Below are positions 54,280 through 64,000 of a stretch of DNA of 64,000 nt, in pieces. Made by a program: the position numbers and the translations under genes. Source of the stretch: Octopus sinensis (lineage: Eukaryota). The stretch covers positions 14,694,001-14,758,000 of the forward strand of contig NC_043016.1 of the NCBI RefSeq assembly GCF_006345805.1. The letters run 5' to 3'. The notes under the pieces are model-generated. The model saw only the letters and a program-made list of their open reading frames with translations, ran no database searches and was not told the origin of the DNA. The stretch's first letter is position 1. Each line of letters opens with the position of its first letter.

Positions 54280-55130
54280 ACGAAAGTCATTATTGCCATG
54301 TGTGTGTGGGAAAACAACAATTTAGAAAATTGACAACATTTTATATGTTGCAAGATCTTTCAGATGAAATTGGAAGCCTCTCGTGAGAATGTTTAGGGGT
54401 TTTACCTCCCACTCTTTGATACACTTCATTCTCAAAGAACTATCAGGAAACAGCAACTCATCCAGCCTTATTGATATGGATCCCAGAAAAATCAATAAGG
54501 GCCATCACCATAGAACTTCTGCTCTCAGAATTATGGTGCATGCAGACATTCAATACAAGTCGTTTGTATTGAGGAGGGACCAATTCTACAAAGACACAGA
54601 ACTCCATTTGATCCCTGCCAAGCAGTTGCTTAACAAGGTTTAAAACCCCTCACAAACATGGCCTGCTTTGGTTCTCTGATGGGAAAAACTCTTCAACCAA
54701 GACCCGAAATCTAACAAGAGAAATGAGAGATGGCTATGTACAGATGCTTCTGATGGCTTTAGGAATGGTGAGTAAAGAAGGTCATATCATGCCAATTCTC
54801 ATCTTTCCACAGGATCTTAGAATTTTTATGATAATCCAACACCAAACTTGGACTACTACGTTTGGAGTGTTTTTTGAAGGGAGACTAATCAACATCATCA
54901 CAATACCATAGCTCCCCTGAAGGCTGTCATTATCCAGGTGTGAAGTAAAAGCTATTTAGTGTAGGTTTGTCAACTATTCTGGTTCTGCATTGAAACAATC
55001 GTCGCAGCTGAAGGTGGACTCACAGAATAATCTTAGAAGAAAGATTATCGAGAACTTGTCCACGAAATTTTATTAAATACATTTGGTTTTTGCTAAATTA
55101 GAATTGTTTAACAAAATTACTAAGTATGTC
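54280..55130 (+). mobile_element. Old DD37D/maT-like mariner relic
   Basis: LMALGMVSKEGHIMPILIFPQDLRI; NLDYYVWSVF; IETIVAAEGG. Confidence 0.7.
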
Positions 55131-56616
55131 CTCAAATACATGCACAGGATGTGAGAAGTATGTGTATACATACACCTAACCGAGTATATATACATACACA
55201 CACGAAAACACATTTGCACACATATGACAAAGAAATTGTGTATGAGACTGCAAGCAGACAAGAAAACATTCTACTATGTAAAATTGAATTTCTTTTCACT
55301 GTTACTTTTATCAAAATGCTACATAGCTAACTAAATATAAAATATAGATTGGTCCAACCATAATTATGTATATTACAACATTTCAATGAAATCTATTAAT
55401 TATTAAATTTATAAAGCATGACCTTCAATCAAATACATATGAAAACATTAAAATTCTTTTTAATTATTTTACATAGTAGCATTTACATGTTAGTAGAGTT
55501 AGAAAGAAGAAAAAATAACATCTTTAACAGCAATAATTGAACAGTGATGGAGCAATTATAACTTCATAACTTTGAAAGAAATGGATATTAAAGTTTAACA
55601 GTACAGGAAATTTAACCTTCTGTAATAACATTAAAAATATTAAGGTAAATAAAAATGTACACTATCAAAATAAAGCGTAAATATTCAGACATTAATAAAC
55701 ACCAAGGCACATTCTAATATGAGTAGTGCATGGCAGCACGGATACAGCACCATACAGTTGAAATTCTGTTGTAGACGATTTTGCTTTTCACCTCCACTGA
55801 ATCAACAAGACCAGTATCAAGAGCATACTGAAAGTTCCTCAACTATTTCCTTTCATTATAAACCAACAAGTTTGTTTCAATGTGTAATGTAGCTTACTTT
55901 ACAAAATTAATGTTTTGGATTACTTGGAGATTTACATATTCTGAAGCCACCATCAAACTATTTCAAACCTATGCTTCAAAACCATTTAAACACCAAGTAC
56001 TGAAGCAACAAATTACTAATATATTAGTAATAAAAGATCTCAATACTGTATCACATAAAAAAATTAAAAAATCAAGCTTAATTTAAAACTTTTCTTGAAA
56101 TATTTTAACAATATTTTGCATAATCTTTCACTGCAAAACAATTCCTTACTACTTAGGGTCTGTATAATTCTTTTGTATATTGTGAACACTCTTTTATATC
56201 TTCAGTTACACTCTCTGATCACTTTGCATTCAGTTAGTGCACCTTCCACCATTCCATGCATCATGCTCAATTTACTCCTGCTGTTATGCAATATCACATT
56301 CTGCACTCCTGTTTATCACTGTTACAAAAAGTAAAGTATCCCCTCAATATATGGATTCCATAGAACTTACTAGGATTCTCATATAAACAATCTTAGAATA
56401 CTGAATTAAATGAAGGCTGTGTGATTGTTAGGTAACTAGTCTCCAGAAGTAAGAGAAATAAATATTTGGAGATATGCACAAGTGCACAGAAACCACAAGT
56501 TCTTTTTGGACTGTTTTATATGTAAGTTCTGAAGAAATATCTATACATTTTAAACTATATCAATTATACAAAAATGTTTAAAATGAACCTGTTCTATCAC
56601 ATAACCCATTAGGATT

Positions 56617-56653
<37 letters not shown>

Positions 56654-56720
56654 AATAAAACATATCAGGAAAGAAACACACTCTAAAGAATAGAGCAATA
56701 ATTGTTACAACAAAATTTTA

Positions 56721-57086
56721 ATTCTGGTCATAGAGTTACCAAAGGTTTCGTATTTGTCAAGGTCAAAGCCTTGTGGACAGCTTCTCAGACTATACAAAGA
56801 TGAATTTAAACTTTCTACCACGCAAACATAAGGAAACACTAAGATATCAAGATTTAAGGCCCAATGTATAAACATGTTAATGAGGATGGGTTGTCTTCTC
56901 TGGACCATATGATAAAATAACCGAAAACAGACCTGAAAAGGACTAATCAGCAAACAGGGAGATCCGATTTTCCAGTAGATAGCGCTTGAAGTGGACACGT
57001 TTAGGTTTTTTTTTGTCTTTGTATTTTTTTTTTTTGTATTGAATCTGACGAGCTGTCCACATGGCTTTGGCAACTATGACCAGAAT
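56721..57086. repeat. MITE-like element with ~43-bp imperfect terminal inverted repeats
   Basis: ATTCTGGTCATAG..CAAAGCCTTGTGGACAGCTTCTCAGA versus TCTGACGAGCTGTCCACATGGCTTTGGCAACTATGACCAGAAT. Confidence 0.65.
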
Positions 57087-60000
57087 ATATATATATATAT
57101 ATATATGGCAATATTTAACATCGAAATGTTAACAAAGACAGGAAATAGAATAAAAACAATTTGTTTTGCACAAGAAAAAAATTGCTGATGCAGAGTAAAT
57201 ATTGGAATGAATATTTCCATGTACTCAATTGCTGATTGCTAAATTTTAATTAATGTGGCTAGACACTATTCAAAATCAAAAAAAAAAAAAAATTCACCAA
57301 GTGACCAAGGATGCAGGGAACACCAGCATTGCTAGAAATAAGAGTCAGAGACTCTAGCCACAAAAGCACATGTTCTATGTACTGACAAGGGAGACAACCT
57401 CCATACTGCAAGGGTATTAGATTGGCAAGCCAATTTGGCATGAAAACTTCATGCTCATCAGTAGCACTCCGTTGTGGGTGATGAAGCTGAAATTTCAGTT
57501 GTAAGTATTTATAGCATTTGCCATAGGAATCAGTGGCTGATTCAGCAAAATGGTAATGTGAAAATTATGAAATAACTAAGGAGGCTAGGCACAATTTAAA
57601 ACCAAAAAGGAAATAATTCACCATCACTAAAATGTGAGCAAGGATGCAGGGAGCGCCAGCATTGCTAGAAATATATGAAAAGGCATGATTCTCAAGCTTG
57701 TATGAGAAGCTGCTACATAAAAGCCATATCAGAACAGCTGATACAAAAACTCATTCACTCGACTACTGTAGCACATCATGAATAATGGGGGGATCTCAAT
57801 ATTATCTGGAAAGCATTAAATGTACATAACTAAATGTTTCTCCAACAAAAGATGGAAAATTTTGACTTTACAAAAAAGGCTTACTGTGTCCTACTTTTGT
57901 AGCCCTACTGAAACTGTTCTATTACATGCAAGTAGTTAGCTGGAAAACTTAGATGCAACACACAAACCCTTCTTAGTCCATACCCTGTCTCCATCTAGCT
58001 GACGATGAGCAGTGCCAAGGAGAATGGTGAGATGCGAGTGTGATGAAATGTACATACAGACCAAAGAGTGTGGATGAGAGAATGGATTTTCAAAGAAACT
58101 GCTACATGGTAACTCCTCACACTGCTATATCAGTAGCCAGATCTTTATCCAGTTTTTAAATAGCAGTATATCAACAGTGACTGTACATCGCTCAGTATAT
58201 TAAATATACAAGATAAAGACTGCTTCAATACTGGACCAGAAACACTGACATGCTTGCACTAAATAGCTCTGATTTCTTCAACTAAATCATATAAATATTT
58301 TGCATGAGGAAGCATGTTTAAATTGTTGCATTTGTCAGTGCTTCAACTATTTACAAGTTATTTTGGCATGGTTTTTGCTGACAGATCTTACTTTGTTTGA
58401 AATAAAGAGTTATTTAAATAAAATTTTAAAAAACTCTATAAAAAATTCACTACTACTTTTCCACTGTTATTCTGACTTAATTTCAAAATTTTGAATTATC
58501 GGATACCAGAAATTGTCAAACACCAAGCTGATTTACAAAATTCAACATTATAACTTTGTCTACATTAACAGTAGCTGATGTAACAATTGTTATAATCTAC
58601 ATCTTATTTTTTTAATGTATTCCATGAAACACCATACATGATTAATCAACGTTACATACCATCTTTCATTTGAAAATCAATATTCTTAGGAAATATCACT
58701 TTCTCCCATAATGTCCTTATTAATGTAATGTACCCTTACAATTTCCAAATAATCTAAAGAGAGGACTCTTACATAAGAATTCTTTATTTACTTACTATGT
58801 ATATAAGATATTTAACTCACTGAATTATAGAATAAAAATTGTCAATTCATAACCCTTCAAATTTTAGAAAACAAATACCTCACATGCACATATCAGAGTT
58901 TTAAAAACAATATTAGAAAAAAAAAAGCCCATCTCAGTCATTATTTCACCTACAATCTCTAACTTTTACATGTCTGAAATAACTATTAAATACTTGCTCT
59001 AGTTACTTCAATTGTAAACACACTCCACTTTTAATTTACAAAATGCTTTTATTCTCTACACACCATACTAGTTTTAATAACAATTCTTCAGTTCTAAAGC
59101 ATTAAATCAAATTATAATTAATGAAGTATATTTGCATTTTGATGCAATTATAAGTGATTTATAAAAAAATAAAGCAACACTGTTAAGGAACAATATGAAG
59201 TAATATTTGAACCACATAATTTTGAAAAACTGCATCATCATCATCCCAAATAAAAAAATTAATACTTGCACTGCTTTACCATTAAATTAGATTCTTAATG
59301 GAAATAGTAAATTGTATTTTGTTGGCTAAAGGTTTTATCTGAAGTAACACTATGGGTAATGATTTGAACAATCCTTAAAACTCAGTAACAAGATGAACTT
59401 TCATACACAATTCAAAAACTAAGACTGACAAAAAAAAAAAATAAATAAAAAAACCCACATACACACAAGTATAAAATAATAAAATTGGACCATTAAAATA
59501 ATTACAAAAATCACAACATCAAAAGAATGAAAATAATCTACCATTAGCCATATTTGTTGGCTACCCAGACTGCATGGCAAATTAGAGAAGAGAAATGAAA
59601 ATAATGTTAGTATAAAATCCGTCAAAGGATAAGATTAGTGAAAAGAAATTGGAGTAAATTTAGTTCTATTACTGTTATTTATAATTATGATTAGGAAAAT
59701 TCAATTAAACAAGCATTTAATTTTGTAGTCATATAGTAAATGTCTTTAAATATTAAGCTAGTGATTTTTGAATAAGTATTTGAGTAAAATGAGAATTATG
59801 CAAATTGATAATTACAAAACTGTAAAATGTTCAATTTTGAAGAAAATATATTATACTATTATTAACTTTACAAGACCATAATCTAATAGTTTCCATTTGT
59901 AATGCAAAGCTATAAAACTTTGTGATGCGTTCAAACAATGCTACATTTAAAATTAACAAATAACTTTACACAACATCTAAAAGAAAACACACACAAACAT

Positions 60001-60243
60001 ACATAAATAGTATTCAAGAAGATAAGTGAACTTAGTGCACATTACACAACAAATTAAAATGCATGCACCATATTAAAAATCGGAAAAGGCTATTTTAAAA
60101 GGAATTATATATTATAATCTGATATTCTATAGTTGCCTAAAATTTAAATTTACAAGTTTTTCACCTATTGTAAACTGTAGCTTTTAAATTCTATTGTTAG
60201 TGTTCGGCTTTGACAAGAAATATTTAAAATACACATCATTTAA

Positions 60244-60449
60244 CCCTTTCATTACCAACCCGGCTGAAACTGGCTCTGTAGTACAAATGTCTTGCTTTTT
60301 ACAAGTTTTGAATTAAAATCTTCCAAACCTTAGTCACAATTTATACTCCTAACAATAGCTTAATGATAAAGTTATTTTACTAAATTCTTTGTTATATTTA
60401 AAATAATTGAAAGAAACACAGAGCATCTCAAAATACAGTAACGAAAGGG
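60244..60449 (-). mobile_element. piggyBac-like MITE, family A
   Basis: TTAA|CCCTTTC..GAAAGGG|TTAA; reverse complement of 13218-13438. Confidence 0.9.
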
Positions 60450-61157
60450 TTAAGTCGTTACTCATAAATTGAACATAAAAGAATCAATGAATACACATTT
60501 TACAAATTAATGTTATGTATATACTTAGAATTCTTTTAAATTTTTGAATGTTCAGTTTGTATAGTAAAACTGGTGTAATGAATTCATAAAAGTAATTACA
60601 AAGTAATTATGGATATAGATTTACACAAAAACCCCAAATATATCCTGTACCAGCCCATCTTTATAACTATTCTGAAATTATTTCTTGCTGCAATACAAAC
60701 TATTTTGGCCTCACACCAACTGTTAACTAGAACCGAACGTAGCTACTTTTTGTTTCAACAGGCACAAAAGCAGACTGCAAGACAACTAATGAGCCTTAAA
60801 AGATATTAGTGGTCTTATAGATGATGTCTGAGAGCAAAATTCTCAGTACATATTCCTCTAGCATCTTTAAACCCTACAAATATTCACTCCGGAAGAAACA
60901 ATATTTTAAAGATTTTTCAAACATGGTTTCAACATCAAATAAACTGAAATGATTTACATCATCAGTTTCTTAAAGTTCTTTCACTTCAAGATGATTTGTA
61001 TGAGAAATAAAGATAAGGTAGAAAATACAATTAACATTAATATGTTCTATAACAAGCTCAAACAAAACAGATATGAGGCTTTAATTAAAACCACATTAGA
61101 GAGAGAAACCTAATTCAGGGCCCCTCATTCGAGTGAATCTGTTAGCAATATGATTAA

Positions 61158-61378
61158 TCCTTTAGTGTTCGCATTATTCTGCCAAAATTAATCCTTTTTT
61201 ATCCACATTGCCTTGAACTAATCAGGCATTATCTTGGTGCTATGAGATTTTGATGAGGTAGCTGTTAATTTTTAAAACGACATTGTAGGGCTGGTGTGAG
61301 AGACCAGATCTGGCCAGTTTGAACATAAAACAGGCAGAATACTTTTGGTCGGATATGACTGGTGTAAATGCTAAAGGG
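61158..61378 (+). mobile_element. piggyBac-like MITE, family B
   Basis: TTAA|TCCTTTAG...AATGCTAAAGGG|TTAA. Confidence 0.85.
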
Positions 61379-61952
61379 TTAAGTGTGCTACATGGGAAGA
61401 TATACTGTATAAATAAAAAAACTTACTAGAAACTACCTGTTCAAAACCCAAGACTTCTTGTAAGAATAGAGACAGTACTGTGCATGTACACAAACACACG
61501 TGTATGTATGTGCGTGTGTGTATGTGTGTGTGCGTGCGTGCATGCGTGTGTATGCATAAGGGAATTAATAGACAAAGTGTTTTTACTCTAAGCATGAATC
61601 TAGATTCTACAATAAGTCATTAAATGAGTTCACATTATTTTATGTTTCTCCAACAACTTTGCTTGAATCGTTTAGAAAAACTTAATCTCAGATCTGATGA
61701 ATTGCTGTATCAAGGACAGGTCAATATTGCAAATATCTAAAACACTACAATAAATATGAGAGAAAATGAAGGGTTTTAGCTAAATGAATGAAGTCTCAAT
61801 ATTCAGACATTTCAGTCAAATGCAATACTTATTCATTTATATTGTTTTCAATTAATCACACAATGATCTGATTATTTTAAGAATGACATTGTAGGTGAAG
61901 AGTAAGAGGCCATAAAACAAGTAGAATATTCGGGAGGGATATAGCTAGTCTG

Positions 61953-62130
61953 TGGAGGTGCATGGTTTAGTGGCTAGTGTTGGATTCATGATTGTGAAAT
62001 TGTGGTTTTAATTCCTGGATTGGGCAACGCATTGTGTTCTTGAGCAAAACACTTCATTTCAGGTTGCTTCAGTCCCCTCAGCTGCCAAAAACAAGTGATA
62101 CCGTGACAGACTGGCATCCAGTCTGAGGAA
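61953..62130 (+). mobile_element. SINE family C, degenerate, inside a MITE B copy
   Basis: GGTGCATGGTTTAGTGG..TGTGTTCTTGAGCAAAACACTTCATTTC. Confidence 0.7.
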
Positions 62131-62759
62131 TTATATTCAGAGAAACTGGCTTTATGCTCCTTGTGGAGTAATGAGGACTAACCAACCTAGAGCTAGTTTA
62201 AATTCAAGAAGTTTAAACAAAAATTAGTTTTTCTTACGATGAATAAACTAATATTATATTTAATTATTGCTCAATATTAATCAGAAAGACAAAGTTTTCA
62301 AAATGTATATTTCACAGCAATGATACAATTCAAGGAAAAGATTATTGGCATCTAAAATAATTAGAACTCTGACAAGTCATTTCAAGGAAACTTGTGCAAA
62401 ACTGAGATAAAGAGATGAGGAACATCATTCTTTATGTTTAAAAGGGGTAAAATCCAATACTTTAAAGAATTGGAGTCTAAGTAATTGGTAGTTTGTGTTT
62501 GATTCCTATAAGGGCTGATTTAACCCGTGGCTAAGAACTAATAAGATGAATATTTGATCAACTGCACCAATATGTTCCACCAAGTGCTATACATTAGACT
62601 AGTTATTGCTTTTGTTTCACTTCCAGGACAAAAGAATATACAATCCCTAGAAACAATATTTTGGGAAAAAACAAAACCAAAGAAACCATTAAAATTTAAA
62701 ATGGTAAACTTTCACATGGTCATTCAACCTGGCAAAATTATAGCCAGCCATAATCTTAA

Positions 62760-62974
62760 CTCTTTAGTATTCAGGTTACTCTCTCAAATGTAATGCATAT
62801 TATTTCCATATAGTTTTCAATTAATCATGCATTATCTTGTAGACGAGATTTTCATGGTGCGACTGCTTATTTTTAGAATGGCATTGTAGGTGTGAGAGGC
62901 CAGATCAGGTTACTTTTAACATAAAAATGGTAAAACATTTATGCTGGATATGGTTCAGTTTGAATGTTAAAGAG
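62760..62974 (+). mobile_element. piggyBac-like MITE, family B
   Basis: TTAA|CTCTTTAG...TAAAGAG|TTAA. Confidence 0.85.
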
Positions 62975-63686
62975 TTAAATCACACTTTACTGCTTCAAAT
63001 GATTTAAGCTAAGAACTGTCATTCGATTAGATCATTAAATACTATTAATTTAATCACACTAAAATAGACAAAATAAGCATACTAATACTTAAGGTCTCCT
63101 ACCCTAAAAAAGAGGCAACGTGTTTTGATAAACGACTTTTTACGTTGAATATATTAGAATATCCAAAAATAATATATTTTTTAAAAATCAGTCAATGAAA
63201 ATCAATACCAGAATTCTAAATTCAAATAGATAATCACTAAATAGGACTAAAATCTAACATCTACAATCACTAAGTAGAACCAAAAATCTAACATCTACAA
63301 AAAGGGTTATGAGAAATTTCGCCGTAAATATTTTTGCTGTTGAAAAATTAGTCATAAGAAATTTCGTTATGACTTCATCACAGTTTTTTAATGTTTGACA
63401 TTAAAGATTTGCCTATTTAATGCTTTTACAAAGCAATGATTTATTTATTTATTTATTTATTTAACAAAATGCTGATATAATTGTCCATACAGTGAATTTG
63501 TCTTAGGGCGAATTTTCTCAACATGTACAAGAAGCTAACTTTTAAAAGATAACAGTAAGAAATTCCTACATTTTATTCCCTACAACCATTAAAAATAAAA
63601 TTAAAAAATGCATATACAGTCAAAATCTCTTAGCAAAAATGAACTTCATAAGCCACAAAATAAAAATATCTAAAAAATGATACAGA

Positions 63687-63731
<45 letters not shown>

Positions 63732-64000
63732 TTGTGTGCATGCACACACAATTTTGAAATATTTTTATGTTTTTAAGTGCAACAATTAGGAAAATTCCTG
63801 TGCTAAAAAAAACAAAAAAAAAACATCCTAACACCAGAAAACCAATACACACAGTATAACTACACTTGAATCTCGGACAAAACATCTACCTCTATATACA
63901 ACACGTACAACATCTAATGAATACCAAGATTGTGTTGGATAGTGCAAATATATTCATAAGACAAGAAATTTTAGCTTACACATCGCAAAGTATTTATGCG

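Noticed and set aside
57044-57075. Hammerhead core CTGACGA
   Set aside because: No downstream GAAA or stem III; part of an inverted repeat arm.
63230-63299. Two-copy ~33-bp tandem duplication
   Set aside because: Ordinary slippage duplication in AT-rich DNA.

Overview
Eukaryotic, AT-rich and repeat-dense genomic DNA. The SINE, microsatellite and transposon repertoire is that of a cephalopod, most likely Octopus (inferred, not database-checked). The only host gene I can support is spermidine synthase (SRM) on the minus strand. Three coding exons lie at 14380-14253, 11838-11718 and 2006-1914, with GT-AG borders; the gene continues off the left edge, and an upstream non-coding exon and promoter are inferred in the CpG-retaining 22-27 kb zone. 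The rest is mostly decayed mobile DNA: a near-full-length Penelope-like element (PLE; RT + GIY-YIG) back-to-back with a second PLE remnant, RTE, CR1 and R4/Dong LINE fragments, DD37D (maT) and DD34D mariners, piggyBac relics with TTAA MITEs, non-autonomous Helitrons and at least four SINE-like families. The last ~13.6 kb looks like a very long minus-strand 3' UTR of a neighbouring gene. The most interesting signals are RNA-level. They are (i) a tRNA-headed Pol III SINE ending in a PLE-type minimal hammerhead ribozyme, present as a head-to-head pair; (ii) a PLE hammerhead family with a non-canonical A6U core, two copies of which lie in sense orientation in an SRM intron; (iii) two further degenerate long-stem-II hammerheads; and (iv) an inverted pair with an HDV-ribozyme-like, apparently covarying pseudoknot fused to a CR1 3' tail. 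All ribozyme calls are by-eye folds and are untested.
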